This document shows positions 1-10,150 of a stretch of 64,000 bases of DNA, piece by piece. The stretch is from Anaerolinea sp. (GTDB lineage: Bacteria; Chloroflexota; Limnocylindria; Limnocylindrales; CSP1-4). The notes beneath the pieces are model-generated. The model did not search any database. It worked only from the letters and a program-made list of their open reading frames with translations, and was not told the origin of the DNA. Within the stretch, counting starts at the first letter, position 1. Each line of letters starts with the position of its first letter. The stretch spans positions 4,557 to 68,556 of the forward strand of contig PNKK01000011.1 of the NCBI GenBank assembly GCA_013822395.1, given 5' to 3'. Position numbers and translations under genes: made by a program.

Positions 1-341
1 GCGTATCTGGTCAACGGTCGAGCATCGTGAACAGCGCGCTGTCGAGCGGCGCAACGCCGCGCCTGGAGCTGGATGGCACCACCGTACGGATCGGGCACCG
101 GCACGGCGCCTCGCCGGTGGACGACGCCTTGGCGGCCGTCGCCGCCCCGATCGTCGGCGAGGTCGGGAGCGGCCAGCCCGAGCGCTTCAGGACCTGCGCG
201 AGCGAGACCTGCCGCTGGACCTTCTACGACGCCTCACCGACCGGGCGCCGCCGGTGGTGCGACATGAAGACGTGCGGCAACCGCGCAAAGGCCGCCCGGC
301 ACCGGCAACGGGCGCGCGAGGAATCGCGACCCAGGTCCTGA
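1..341 (+). CDS. CGNR zinc-finger / ABATE-family protein (5' partial)
   Basis: The C-terminus RTCASETCRWTFYD...RRWCDMKTCGNRAKAARHR matches the CGNR Zn-finger signature. The frame stays open back to nt 3, so the N-terminus is probably off-window. Confidence 0.7.
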   Translation, partial: VSGQRSSIVNSALSSGATPRLELDGTTVRIGHRHGASPVDDALAAVAAPIVGEVGSGQPERFRTCASETCRWTFYDASPTGRRRWCDMKTCGNRAKAARHRQRAREESRPRS

Positions 342-441
342 AGCGAGAGGCCGAGCGGTCAGCTGTGATTCTCGAGATGGTTTGTTGACAGACGCCCTGC
401 CCCCCAGGAGATGGCGACGGTGCCCGCGGCCGCGGGCTTCC

Positions 442-1380
442 TCAGCCGGCCTCGAGGGCCGGGCGGACCTCCGTCGCGAGCCGCGTCATCGACTCCTCGT
501 CGTAGGGCGCCGGAAAGCCCGCGACCAGGTGGCGGTAGCCGATTGCCGGATACGGGGCGAGCATCTCGATGACGTCCTCGGGCGTGCCCACCGGCTGATC
601 CTCCCAGGGCCGGGCGTTGCCGTTCCGCGCGAACGTCTGCTCGAAGACGCGCCGCGCCTCCTCGCGCGAGTCGCGGATGACCACCGTGCCGATGCCCGTC
701 GTGCGCTCGATCTCGGCGGGGTCGCGGCCCTCGCGCTCGCAGTGCTCGAGGAGGATCGCCTCCTTCCGTTTCACGGACTCGAGGCCGCCGCCCACGTTGT
801 TCGCGTCCGCGTACCGCGCGACGAGTCGGAGGGTGACCTTCTCGCCGCCACCGCCGATGAGCATCGGCAGGTGCTCCTGGATCGGCGGAGGATCGTTCCG
901 GACCTCGCGCGCCGCGTAGCGCGGTCCGGCCGCCGAGGGCGCCTCGCCGTGGAGCATGCCGCGCATGACCGGCAGCGCCTCGGCCAGCCAGCGGAGCCGC
1001 TCGGGCGGGCCGTCCCCGAAGCGGAGGCCGTACGCCGTGTGCTCGCGCTCGAACCAGGCGGCACCGATCCCGAGAATGGCGCGGCCGCCGGAGACGTGGT
1101 CCAGCGTCGTCGCGAGCTTCGCGGTCAGGGCCGGCTCGCGGAAGGTGTTCGCGCCGACCATCAGGCCGATCCTGATCTTCTCGGTTGCCATCGCCCACGC
1201 CGTGAGGACGGTCCAGCCCTCGAGGATCGGGCCGTCCCACGACCCGACGATCGGGTAGAGGTGGTCCCACGTCCAGAGCGTGTCGTACCCGAGCCGGTCC
1301 GCGCGCCGCCCGGCTTCGAGGAGCGACGGCCAGTCCGTGTGCTGGTTCCAGCACAGGGCGCCGAGACAAATCGAGGACAT
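442..1380 (-). CDS. LLM-class (luciferase-like) F420/flavin-dependent oxidoreductase
   Basis: 312-aa ORF with LLM TIM-barrel style motifs (GYDTLWTWDH, IRIGLMVGANTFREP, GRAILGIGAAW, GGGGEKVTLRLVARYAD). Confidence 0.8.
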   Translation of the reverse strand: MSSICLGALCWNQHTDWPSLLEAGRRADRLGYDTLWTWDHLYPIVGSWDGPILEGWTVLTAWAMATEKIRIGLMVGANTFREPALTAKLATTLDHVSGGRAILGIGAAWFEREHTAYGLRFGDGPPERLRWLAEALPVMRGMLHGEAPSAAGPRYAAREVRNDPPPIQEHLPMLIGGGGEKVTLRLVARYADANNVGGGLESVKRKEAILLEHCEREGRDPAEIERTTGIGTVVIRDSREEARRVFEQTFARNGNARPWEDQPVGTPEDVIEMLAPYPAIGYRHLVAGFPAPYDEESMTRLATEVRPALEAG

Positions 1381-1524
1381 GACGGGGACTCCGAAAGGAT
1401 GGCAGGCCGCGTCGCGCTACCGGCGATCGGGCAGGGAGCGAGCCCGAAGGGCGGTTCCGTCGTCCTCCGGGCTCTTCCCGTGCCGCCTGGCTAGAGGCGA
1501 CCCGGGCACCGGCAGGGTACCCCG

Positions 1525-2001
1525 TCAGAGCGCGAGGCGCGCGACGACCTCCCCGTCATCGATCTCTCCGGTCGGGACGAAGCCGAGACCCGCGTAGAAG
1601 GGCGCCGGGCCGCCGTCCGCCGGGACCCAGGACACGAGCAGCTCGGTCGCGCCGGGCAGGGTGCGAACGTGCTCGAGGATGAGACCGAGCGCTGCCCGGC
1701 CGTACCCGCGGCGCTGGAAGCCGTCGGCGATCATCAGCCGCCAGAGGTAGTACCTGGGCTCTTCGAGGTCGAGGTAGAGCATCGCAAAGCCCACCGGCGC
1801 ACCGTCCGCGTAGATCGCGCGGTACCACGCCTTCGGCTCGAAGAGCGCTTCGGCGAACGAGATCGCATTCGGGGCGACGAAGGCCCGCTGGGCCTCGCCT
1901 GTCTCGAGGCGGCAGATCGCCCGGACCGTGTCCTTCGTGACCTCGCGGAGCTCGACGATCGCACCGTCGGCCACCGATCGGGGCGCCGGGTCCAGGCTCA
2001 T
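1525..2001 (-). CDS. GNAT family N-acetyltransferase
   Basis: 158-aa ORF with acetyl-CoA binding motif A ([11 protein letters not shown]). Its ATG overlaps the leuS stop (ATGA), implying co-transcription. Confidence 0.8.
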   Translation of the reverse strand: MSLDPAPRSVADGAIVELREVTKDTVRAICRLETGEAQRAFVAPNAISFAEALFEPKAWYRAIYADGAPVGFAMLYLDLEEPRYYLWRLMIADGFQRRGYGRAALGLILEHVRTLPGATELLVSWVPADGGPAPFYAGLGFVPTGEIDDGEVVARLAL

Positions 2002-4541
2002 CGGATGACGAGATTCACCAGCCTGCCGCCACCGGCGACGACGACCCGGTCGGGGGTCCGGCCGCCCAGGGCGGCCTGGACCTTCGGGGCCGCGAGGACC
2101 AGGCGCTCGAGCTCGGCGCCGTCGACGCCGGCCGGCACGACGACCCGGTCGCGCAGCTTGCCGTTGACCTGGACCGGGACCTCGCGCGTCTCCTCAACGA
2201 TCGCCGCGCCATCCACCTCCGGCCAGCGCTCCGCGTGGATGGACGACCAGTCCCGGCCCGACGCCGCGAGGCGGCGCGACCAGAGCTCTTCGGCGAGGTG
2301 CGGAGCCGAGGGCGCAAGCATCAGCAGGAGCAGTCGGACCGACTCCTCCCAGGCCGAACCTCCGGCGATCTCCGTCCCGCGGTGGCGGTACAGGACGTTC
2401 GAGAGCTCCATCAGCTTCGCGACCATGGTGTTGAACCGGAAGCCCTCGTAGTCCTCGGTGACGTCGCGCAGGGTCCGGTGGGCGGCCGTCCGCAGGGCGG
2501 CCTCGGCCGCGGCGACATCCTGACCCGCCGGCAACGTCCCGGCCTCCTGGTCGCCCGGGTCCGTCCCGTGCGGATCCAGCGCGATCGTCCAGGTCCGGTT
2601 GAGGAAGCGGTGAACGCCACCGATCCCCGTCGGGCTCCAGGCGCCGCCCTGGTCCCACGGGCCCATGAACATCAGGAACAGGCGGATCGTGTCCGCGCCA
2701 TACCGGGCGACCAGCTCGTCGGGGTCCTGGACGTTGCCCCGCGACTTGCTCATCCGCTCGCCGTCGGCGCCGAGGATCTGGCCCTGGTTGAACAGGCGCC
2801 GGAATGGCTCGCTCTCGTGGATGAGGCCGATGTCCCGCATGGCCTTGGTGAAGAAGCGGCTGTACAGGAGGTGCATCACGGCGTGCTCGGCACCACCGGT
2901 GTACTGGTCGACGGGTGTCCACCGGTCGGCCAGCGGGCCGTCGACCGGCCCGTCCGATTTCCCCGGCGAGAGGTAGCGGAACCAGTACCAGCTCGAATCG
3001 ATGAACGTGTCCATCGTGTCCGTCTCGCGCCGGGCGGGTCCGCCGCAGGCCGGGCAATCGACGCGCAGAAACGCCTCATCGCGGGTCAGGGGGTTGTCGC
3101 CGCTGCCGCGGTAGTCGACGGTCTCGGGCAGCAGGACCGGAAGCTGGTCGTCCGGGACGGGGACCGCGCCGCAGCGCTCACAGTGGATGATCGGGATCGG
3201 GGTGCCCCAGTAGCGCTGGCGGCTGATCAGCCAGTCGCGGATCCGGTACGTGACGGCCGGCCGGCCGAGGCCGCGTTCGGTCAGCGACGCGACGATCGCG
3301 CGGCCGCCCTCGTCGGCGAGCATCCCCGAGTATGGCCCGCTGTTGACCAGCCGCTCGTCCGCCGCGTGGGCGACATAGGCTTCGGTGAGCGGCGCGTCCT
3401 CCGTGCCGGGCGCCGCGACGACGCGCCGAATCGGGAGGCCGAACGTCTCCGCGAACGCGTAGTCCCGCTCATCGTGGGCCGGGACGGCCATGATCGCGCC
3501 GGTCCCGTAGCCGCCCAGGACGTAGTCGGCCACGAAGATCGGGATCCGTTCGCCGTTCACCGGGTTGACGGCGTGCGCTCCGAGGGCGACGCCGGTCTTC
3601 TCCCGGTCCGTGGAGAGCCGCTCGATCTCGGTCTCCGTTCGGGCCTGGGCCACGTAGGCCTCGACCTCGGCCTGCCGTGACGGCGCCGTCAGCTTCTCGA
3701 CGAGCGGGTGCTCCGGGGCGAGGACCATGAACGTCGCCCCGAACAGCGTGTCCGGCCGGGTCGTGAAGACCCGCAGCTCGTCGCCGCCCGGCTGGTGGTC
3801 ATCCGGCGCGGTCGTGAAGACGATCTCGCCGCCCTCGGACCGGCCGATCCAGTTGGTCTGCATGATCCGGATCGGGTCCGGCCAGTCGATGCCGCTGAAG
3901 TCGAGCAGCTCGTCGGCGTATTTCGTGATCCGGAGCCACCACTGCTCGAGATCGCGCTTCTCGACCTTCGACCCGCACCGCCAGCAGCGCCGGTCCGTGC
4001 CCTCGACCTGCTCGCGGGCGAGCGTCCCGTCATTCGGGCACCAGTCCACCGGGGCCTTGGCGCGATAGGCGAGGCCGGCCTCCAGGAGCCGAAGGAAGAG
4101 CCACTGGTTCCAGCGGTAGTAGCTCGCGTCGCAGGTCACGATCTCGGCGGCCCAGTCCCACGACGCGCCCATGCTCCGTAGTTGACGGCGCATGTTCTCG
4201 ACGTTCCGCATCGTCCACTCGCGCGGGTTGACGCGGTTCTTGATCGCGGCGTTCTCGGCCGGCAGGCCGAAGGCGTCGAACCCGACCGGCAGGAAGACGT
4301 TCTGTCCGAGCATCCGGTGGTAGCGCGCGATCGCGTCCGTCGGCGTCTTGACGTACCAATGGCCGATGTGGAGATCACCCGACGGGTAGTCGTACATCGT
4401 CAGGAGGTAGTACCTCGGCCGTGACGTGTCCTCGAGGTCCGTCCGGTGGAGGCCGAGCTCCGCCCAGCGAGCCTGCCAGCGCGGCTCGATCGAGGCGGCG
4501 TCGTAGCGCTCGATCCGGGTGCGTTCGGACGTCGTGGTCAT
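1998..4541 (-). CDS. leuS: leucine--tRNA ligase
   Basis: 847-aa ORF with the class I HIGH motif (DLHIGHWY), the KMSKS motif (RMSKSRGN) and a CP1 editing region. Colinear with bacterial LeuRS. Confidence 0.97.
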   Translation of the reverse strand: MTTTSERTRIERYDAASIEPRWQARWAELGLHRTDLEDTSRPRYYLLTMYDYPSGDLHIGHWYVKTPTDAIARYHRMLGQNVFLPVGFDAFGLPAENAAIKNRVNPREWTMRNVENMRRQLRSMGASWDWAAEIVTCDASYYRWNQWLFLRLLEAGLAYRAKAPVDWCPNDGTLAREQVEGTDRRCWRCGSKVEKRDLEQWWLRITKYADELLDFSGIDWPDPIRIMQTNWIGRSEGGEIVFTTAPDDHQPGGDELRVFTTRPDTLFGATFMVLAPEHPLVEKLTAPSRQAEVEAYVAQARTETEIERLSTDREKTGVALGAHAVNPVNGERIPIFVADYVLGGYGTGAIMAVPAHDERDYAFAETFGLPIRRVVAAPGTEDAPLTEAYVAHAADERLVNSGPYSGMLADEGGRAIVASLTERGLGRPAVTYRIRDWLISRQRYWGTPIPIIHCERCGAVPVPDDQLPVLLPETVDYRGSGDNPLTRDEAFLRVDCPACGGPARRETDTMDTFIDSSWYWFRYLSPGKSDGPVDGPLADRWTPVDQYTGGAEHAVMHLLYSRFFTKAMRDIGLIHESEPFRRLFNQGQILGADGERMSKSRGNVQDPDELVARYGADTIRLFLMFMGPWDQGGAWSPTGIGGVHRFLNRTWTIALDPHGTDPGDQEAGTLPAGQDVAAAEAALRTAAHRTLRDVTEDYEGFRFNTMVAKLMELSNVLYRHRGTEIAGGSAWEESVRLLLLMLAPSAPHLAEELWSRRLAASGRDWSSIHAERWPEVDGAAIVEETREVPVQVNGKLRDRVVVPAGVDGAELERLVLAAPKVQAALGGRTPDRVVVAGGGRLVNLVIR

Positions 4542-4608
4542 GGTCCCGGGATGCTAGCGCGGCCATCGACGCGACGCATGCTGAGGCCGGCCGAACGATT
4601 CAGGAAGT

Positions 4609-4684
<76 letters not shown>

Positions 4685-4902
4685 ACGCCGGTCGCGGAGT
4701 ATAGCAGGGGGTCGCTTGTGGCCGGCCGACTCGACTCGGCCGAGTCGACTCGTCTCGTCTCGGCGACTCGTTGCGACCCCGGTCCCGTCTCGTGGGCACG
4801 TCTCCCACCGGGTCTTCGTGCACCGGGCTGACGCCGTGATGCCGGTATGGTGACGCACCTCGCGGGATCGGCACGACGCTGCGGATGGCACCATGAGCGT
4901 CG

Positions 4903-5727
4903 ATGACGGAGTTGCGGCTGGATGAGTTGCGCACCGTGGCGCTCCCCGGTGGCCGCCTCGACTACGTCCTGCGGCGCTCGGCGCGGTCGCGGGGGCTCCG
5001 GGTCACGCTCGATCCCGGACGCGGCGTGATCGTCGCGGTGCCGCTCGCAAGCCGGCGTGGCTGGGCGCGGCCGGAACGCGACGTCGAACGATTCCTCGGC
5101 GAGCGGGAGGCATGGATCCGCCGGCACCTCGCGCGTCACGAGCGACAGCGCGCGCAGATCGAGGCGCGCGGGGGCATCAGCGACGGCGCGGAATTCCGGT
5201 ACCTGGGCGAGCTCCACCGACTCAGGATCGTGGCTGCCGGCCCGAGCCATCGCCGATCGACCGTCGAGCGCACCGGGGCTGAGGATCGCGATGAGCTCGT
5301 GATCCGGCTCGCGAGCCGGGACCGGCGCGCGCCGGCGGTCGTGCTGGAGACCTGGCTCCGTGCCCGCGCGGGCGAGGCGATCGACCGAGCGGTGACGATC
5401 CACGCCTCGGCGCTCGGCGTCGCGACGAGCAGGATCACGCTCCGCGATCCGCGGACCCGCTGGGGGAGCGCCACCCGCCGGCGGACGCTGTCGTTCTCGT
5501 GGCGGTTGATCCTCGCGCCGCCCGCGGCGCTCGAGACGGTCGTCGTCCACGAGCTGGCCCACCTGCTGGTCTTCGGGCACGGGCCGCGGTTCTGGGAGCT
5601 CGTGGCCACCCGCCGGCCGGATCATGCGACCTGGCGTCGCTGGCTCCGGGCGCACTCGCACGAGCTCCACGCGGCGCTCGAGGGCGGCGGGGACGAGCGC
5701 GCCGACGCGCCGGCGAAGGAGGCCTGA
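4903..5727 (+). CDS. YgjP/M48-like metal-dependent hydrolase (DUF45-type)
   Basis: 274-aa ORF with a C-terminal zinc motif VVVHELAHLLVFGHGPRFW, typical of YgjP-like metallohydrolases. Confidence 0.75.
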   Translation: MTELRLDELRTVALPGGRLDYVLRRSARSRGLRVTLDPGRGVIVAVPLASRRGWARPERDVERFLGEREAWIRRHLARHERQRAQIEARGGISDGAEFRYLGELHRLRIVAAGPSHRRSTVERTGAEDRDELVIRLASRDRRAPAVVLETWLRARAGEAIDRAVTIHASALGVATSRITLRDPRTRWGSATRRRTLSFSWRLILAPPAALETVVVHELAHLLVFGHGPRFWELVATRRPDHATWRRWLRAHSHELHAALEGGGDERADAPAKEA

Positions 5728-5742
5728 GCGGTCACCGGATGC

Positions 5743-5827
5743 TGGTGGGCCGGGGCAGAATCGAACTGCCACAGCCGAAGGCGAGGGTTTTACAGACCCT
5801 TGGGCTCACCACCTGCCCAACCGACCC
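5743..5827 (-). tRNA. tRNA-Tyr (anticodon GTA)
   Basis: 85-nt cloverleaf on the minus strand with anticodon loop CTGTAAA, a long variable arm (CGCCTTCGGCTGTG), T-arm GGCAGTTCGATTCTGCC and an encoded CCA. Confidence 0.95.
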
Positions 5828-5950
5828 ACGCCGGTGACACCGCCGCGCCCGGACCAGGAGACCGGCCGCCGCGCGGGGCGCCTATCTTGCCAGACTCGGC
5901 GCCGCCGCGGCGCGGCCGAGGACCGGCGTGCCCTCACGTCGTGTGGGGTG

Positions 5951-6616
5951 TCAGGATTGACCCGTAGCGGCTCGCAGTGCTTCGTTCAGCATCGAGGCGA
6001 ACATGACCTCCGTGGGACGATGGTCGCCCCGCATCGACATTTCGGCCGCGCCCGTGAACAGAACATCGTCGGGTCGCGGCTTGATCCGAACGAACGGCGG
6101 CAGCCCGTAACGCACGGCGATCCAGTTCGCCCACACGCGCGCCGTGCGCCCGTTGCCGTTGGCGAACGGGTGGATGCGGATCCATTCGCCGTGGGCGTAG
6201 GCGCACAGCCGGACGATGGCTGCCACGACTGGAGGAGACGAAGCGACGGTGCCCGAGGGGACGGCAGCGTCCAGCGCCGACACGACGGCCGCGGTTGCCC
6301 GCACGAACAGGTCGAGCGCTGCCGGGACGTCCCTGGCCCTCACCCCCCGGGTTGTTCCAACGGCGATCTCATAGTCGATCAGACACGGGACACGCGGATC
6401 ACTGTCGCGCACGTGGCCGACGTAGTCCGGATGCGGCGCGGCCACACGGTCGTAGATCCGGCGGTGCCACTCGAGCGCGATCGCAAGCGACGGCGTGGCC
6501 CGCGCCGTCGCATCGGCTTCGATCATGGGCCAGAGGTCTCTGATGTTGGCGATGATCCTCGCCAGGTCGCCGGGCCGGTCTTCATTCCAATCGGGACATC
6601 CACCCGGCAGGATCAA
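5951..6616 (-). CDS. Fic-domain protein (putative FicT-like toxin)
   Basis: Fic active-site loop HPFANGNGRTAR. A TTG start overlaps the upstream gene's TGA by 4 nt; an alternative ATG lies at 6526. Confidence 0.85.
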   Translation of the reverse strand: MILPGGCPDWNEDRPGDLARIIANIRDLWPMIEADATARATPSLAIALEWHRRIYDRVAAPHPDYVGHVRDSDPRVPCLIDYEIAVGTTRGVRARDVPAALDLFVRATAAVVSALDAAVPSGTVASSPPVVAAIVRLCAYAHGEWIRIHPFANGNGRTARVWANWIAVRYGLPPFVRIKPRPDDVLFTGAAEMSMRGDHRPTEVMFASMLNEALRAATGQS

Positions 6617-6975
6617 GCCCCGGCCTCAAAGGCACGAACGACCCCGAAGGGATCCTCGTCTGGCCGCGCGCGTCGGGCGGCAATCGGCTCGGGGAGCCCT
6701 TCGGCATCGGCAAACGCGACCCACGCCTCCGCTCGTCCTTCGCCACGGTAGGAACGCAAAAGCTCGATCGTTCTCGACAGGCTGCTCTCGAGGCCCAGCG
6801 CAAGCACCTGGAGCTCGCGCTCGATCATCTCTTCGGCGAGCTGGTTCATGGATGTGTGCCGTCGCTCGGCAATGACCCGGAGTAGCTCACGGGTACGCTC
6901 GTTCTCGAAGCGCAACGGGAAAACAGATCGGGTGGGGCGCTCGGCAGTCATGATAAGAGGATATGCCCGCGACAT
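6613..6975 (-). CDS. putative Fic antitoxin: RHH-like N-terminus plus alpha-inh motif
   Basis: 120-aa ORF directly upstream of and overlapping fic. The N-terminus (FPLRFENERTRELLRVIAERRHTSMNQLAEEMIEREL) resembles a ribbon-helix-helix. SYRGEG fits the (S/T)xxxE(G/N) Fic-inhibitory motif. Confidence 0.65.
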   Translation of the reverse strand: MSRAYPLIMTAERPTRSVFPLRFENERTRELLRVIAERRHTSMNQLAEEMIERELQVLALGLESSLSRTIELLRSYRGEGRAEAWVAFADAEGLPEPIAARRARPDEDPFGVVRAFEAGA

Positions 6976-7067
6976 CAGAAGTCAAGAACTGATGTCATGG
7001 GCACCCTGCCTGCCTCACCTGCGAGCGGCGGCGCTACACAGCGGAACGTGGGTTCGCGAAGGGGAGA

Positions 7068-7143
7068 TGGTGGAGATGAGGGGACTCGAACCCCTGACCC
7101 CCGCGATGCGAACGCGGTGCTCTTCCGGCTGAGCTACATCCCC
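7068..7143 (-). tRNA. tRNA-Ala (anticodon CGC)
   Basis: The reverse complement GGGGATGTAGCTCAGCCGGAAGAGCACCGCGTTCGCATCGCGGGGGTCAGGGGTTCGAGTCCCCTCATCTCCACCA has G3:U70, anticodon loop TTCGCAT and an encoded CCA. Confidence 0.95.
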
Positions 7144-7160
7144 ACCGGCGCGTCCGAGCA

Positions 7161-7224
7161 GATGGTGCCTGCTCGATCGGCTCCGAGTCTAGCAGCCCGG
7201 ACCCAACCGAGGTTCTTGCCACCG
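7161..7224. repeat. left copy of a ~62-nt direct repeat (partner at 9418..9479)
   Basis: tggtgcctgctcgatcggctccgagtctagcagcccggacccaaccgaggttcttgccaccgg versus tggtcctgctcgatcggctccgagtc-agcagcccggacccaaccgaggctcccgccacgg. There are only a few mismatches and one indel. Confidence 0.9.
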
Positions 7225-7269
7225 GCCCGGCCGGGTCGTCTCGGTCGGGAGCGAGGGACCGACGGCTCG

Positions 7270-8796
7270 CTACGGCCCGACCTGCAACGGCAGGTCGTAG
7301 TACGCGCCGAACTTGTCGCCGCCCCTGCTCCCGTTGAGGCTGACCCGGAGGATCCAGGGCCCGGGGTCGAGGGGAATGGGGATCGCAAGAGACAGACCGC
7401 CCTGATCGACGACGGCCACGGAGTACTCGGGTGCAACCGATCCCGACTGAACGAGATCGGCCCGCACGGCCGTGATGCGAGCCTGGTCGATGCGCCAGAA
7501 GTCAGTCAGCGTGAAGTCGAGCGTATTCACGAACGGGCCATCTCCCCATGGAACAACGAGCGGGGCGATGTCGGTGATCGGCTCGTAGGGCGCCCCGCAC
7601 CCGTCGGCCGCGCTCGCTCCCGAGGCCAGCTGGTAGCTCGGGCAGCGACCCTTCGCTGCCCTGTAGTCCATGCCCGCACCCTGGCTCATCTCCAGCGTCG
7701 GGGGTTCGAAGGGGACGAAGACGCGGAACAGCGTCTCGGACCAGGCCGTGCTGCCGTCCGTGGTCGCGAAGCTCGCGCGAACGCGAACGGTCATCCCGCC
7801 CACGGCCGGTGGCTGGATGTCGACGATACGTGTCCCGACGCCGCGCAGGATCGGGAGTTCGGCGGGCCGGGGGCTCGGGTCGGGCACGTCGGCATAGACG
7901 GTCAAGAGAGACTCGGCCGTGACCTCGTAGAGGCACTCGTCGGAAACGATCTCGATCGCTTCGGTCTCCGGATTCACCATGATGGAATCCGGCACCGCCG
8001 GCAGGCCTTCCCATGACCCCGCCGCTCCGACGACCGTTCCATTCCATTCGAACGCGCTCGTGGTGCCGCGGAGGCTGATCGAGTCGCCGGGAATGACGCG
8101 GGCGGCGATCGAGGGCGGTCCGGGTGACAGCGACGGATCAACCTGATCGCACGGGGGCTCGCTGCCGACCGGTGGCGATTCGCCCTCTCCCGGGCGCTCG
8201 ACGAGCAGCGCGAACGAGATGGAGCCCGTGGCCGAGTACGTCAGGTCAACCTGGCCGTCGGTGACGTCGAACCAGACACCAGGGCTCTGAGCCAGCGAGG
8301 AGGTGCAGCCCATGCCCTGCGCTGCGCCGTCGATGGCGATTTCGAGGTTGCCGTCGCCAACGCAGCTGAGCGACGCCACGACGGACGTGCCACTGGCTGG
8401 CGCCGTGGCGGTTCCGTTCGTCCCATCGGTCGGGCCTGCGGGATCGATTCGGATGAGCTCCATCCGGCCGGGCGTGCCGACCAGCGGCGCGATGCCAGCC
8501 AGCGGCGTGGCCGCCGGCCCAAGGCTGGACCGGGGCGTCTCGAGGAGCTGGACGCTCGGCTCCGGTCCGGAACCGACACCTGGAATGCGAATCCAACCGG
8601 CCGTCGTCGCGACGATCGAGCCGACGGCGATGATCGCCAGGCCGGCGGCCATGAGACTCAGCCGGCGACTGCTCCGCTCACGGCGCCGCAGGGCCAGCCG
8701 ACGCACGAGCTCGTCGGGCGTGATCGTCAGCGGCAGCGTGTCGCCCTCGGCTCGGAGAACCGCTCGCAGGCGATCCTCGGTCTGGCTGTCATGCAC
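7270..8796 (-). CDS. membrane-anchored extracytoplasmic protein, candidate anti-sigma factor
   Basis: The GTG start at 8796 overlaps the stop of the ECF sigma gene. A short cytoplasmic N-terminus is followed by one TM helix (LMAAGLAIIAVGSIVATTAGW) and a ~430-aa extracytoplasmic region with no motif I recognise. Confidence 0.6.
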   Translation of the reverse strand: MHDSQTEDRLRAVLRAEGDTLPLTITPDELVRRLALRRRERSSRRLSLMAAGLAIIAVGSIVATTAGWIRIPGVGSGPEPSVQLLETPRSSLGPAATPLAGIAPLVGTPGRMELIRIDPAGPTDGTNGTATAPASGTSVVASLSCVGDGNLEIAIDGAAQGMGCTSSLAQSPGVWFDVTDGQVDLTYSATGSISFALLVERPGEGESPPVGSEPPCDQVDPSLSPGPPSIAARVIPGDSISLRGTTSAFEWNGTVVGAAGSWEGLPAVPDSIMVNPETEAIEIVSDECLYEVTAESLLTVYADVPDPSPRPAELPILRGVGTRIVDIQPPAVGGMTVRVRASFATTDGSTAWSETLFRVFVPFEPPTLEMSQGAGMDYRAAKGRCPSYQLASGASAADGCGAPYEPITDIAPLVVPWGDGPFVNTLDFTLTDFWRIDQARITAVRADLVQSGSVAPEYSVAVVDQGGLSLAIPIPLDPGPWILRVSLNGSRGGDKFGAYYDLPLQVGP

Positions 8797-9325
8797 GGCG
8801 GGGCTCCCCGAGGCTGGCGCCGGCTGGGTCAGCAAGATGCACGCGAAGCCGGTCGAGCGCGGTCTGGAGCTGAGCTTTGATCGTGTTCGGGCTCTTGCCG
8901 AGGGCGGCGGCGACCTCGTCGACGGACAGGTCGGCGTAGTAACGGAGGACGAGCGCGGCCCGCATCTGGACCGGCAGGGCATCGATGCCGTCGAGCAGGA
9001 CGAGACGGGTGGCGGACTCCGATGCCAGGTCGCCCGGGCCGGCCGAGTCGTGCGTCAGATCGAGTCGGACGAGTCGGGCTGTCTTCCGCCGCCGACCGAG
9101 GGCCTCGTTCGTGGCGACCCTCAGCAGCCAGGCTCGCAGTGCCCGTTCGTCTCGGATCGCGCCACCGCGCTCGAAGGCGGTGAGCAGCGTCTCGACCACG
9201 ACGTCCTCCGCTTCCGGACGATCGCGCAGGATCAGGTACGCGACCGCCTGCAACTCGCGCTCATACGCCTCGAGCAATTGCCCGAGCGTCTCCGGGCGGC
9301 GTCTTTGCAGGGCCTCGACGGTCAC
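8789..9325 (-). CDS. ECF (sigma-70 family) RNA polymerase sigma factor
   Basis: Region 2 (AEDVVVETLLTAFER...LRAWLLRVATNEALGRRRK) and region 4 HTH (LVLRYYADLSVDEVAAALGKSPNTIKAQLQTALDRLR). Confidence 0.85.
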   Translation of the reverse strand: MTVEALQRRRPETLGQLLEAYERELQAVAYLILRDRPEAEDVVVETLLTAFERGGAIRDERALRAWLLRVATNEALGRRRKTARLVRLDLTHDSAGPGDLASESATRLVLLDGIDALPVQMRAALVLRYYADLSVDEVAAALGKSPNTIKAQLQTALDRLRVHLADPAGASLGEPRRA

Positions 9326-9417
9326 CGTCCCTCCATCGCACGGACGATCATGACCGCCGTTCGCAGGGTAGATGCGCCAGCGGGACGATTCGGGCTAGTG
9401 GACGCGCTTCTGTTGCG

Positions 9418-9479
9418 TGTGGTCCTGCTCGATCGGCTCCGAGTCAGCAGCCCGGACCCAACCGAGGCTCCCGCCACGG
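9418..9479. repeat. right copy of the ~62-nt direct repeat (partner at 7161..7224)
   Basis: See the left copy. It lies about 95-155 nt upstream of the ECF sigma start and abuts the truncated polymerase fragment. Confidence 0.9.
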
Positions 9480-9491
9480 GGTATAGAGGGT

Positions 9492-10150
9492 ATGGTCGCG
9501 ATGGAGATGAGCATGCGCGGCGCGGTTCCAGGCCTCCGGATCGGAGTCCGCGCGCGCGGCGAGGAGACGGACCCGTTCCGGCCGCGCCGCGCCCCTGAAC
9601 GGCTCCGGCTCGCCCTCCCCATCGACCCACCGGTCGGGGAGCTGGAGGCGGTCCGCTTCGTTCTTCGTCGGCTCGCGACGGCACTCGCCGCCGGCCTCGC
9701 CGCCACGCGCGGTCGGCTGCGCCTGGAGCTGGACCTCGCGTTCGCGCGGCCGGGCACGCCCGGCGAGTTCGTCGTGGAGACGCGCTTCCCGGAACCGACC
9801 GCGGATGTCGAGGCGGTCGAGCGGCTCCTCCTCGCCCGGGTCGAGCGGACGCCGCCGCCCGCACCGTTCGCCCGCCTGGAGCTGGAGCTGGCCGGCGCGG
9901 AGCCCGCGACTGGCCAGCAGCTCCAGCTCTTCGTGCCCCAGGCGCTCCGGGACGCCCGGCTGGGCTGGCAGCTCGCCCGGCTGGCGCTGACGTTCAGGGC
10001 GGATCGGGTTCGCCGGGTTGTGATCACGGACCCGGAGGCTCCGCTGCCGGAGCGCCGCTGGCCTGGCGGCCGGTGGAGGGCATCGATGGGCCCGCCGCCC
10101 CCACCGAGATCGCCGTCGCCCCGGCGAGCACCACGGGGACGGCCCGATGA
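9492..10150 (+). pseudogene. C-terminal fragment of a Y-family (DinB/ImuB-like) DNA polymerase, probably frameshifted
   Basis: The translation resembles the little-finger/C-terminal part of Y-family polymerases (ELEAVRFVLRRLATALAAGL..., ARLELELAGAEPATGQQLQLF, PLPERRW). No catalytic N-terminal domain lies upstream. The last ~25 codons ending in TGA at 10148-10150 are in a different frame. Confidence 0.5.

Noticed and set aside
7144-7230. Left 62-nt repeat copy as a phage/ICE att site at tRNA-Ala.
   Set aside because: The repeat does not overlap the tRNA 3' end; it lies upstream of the 5' end. No integrase is present between the copies. Kept only as a rearrangement/promoter hypothesis in the findings.
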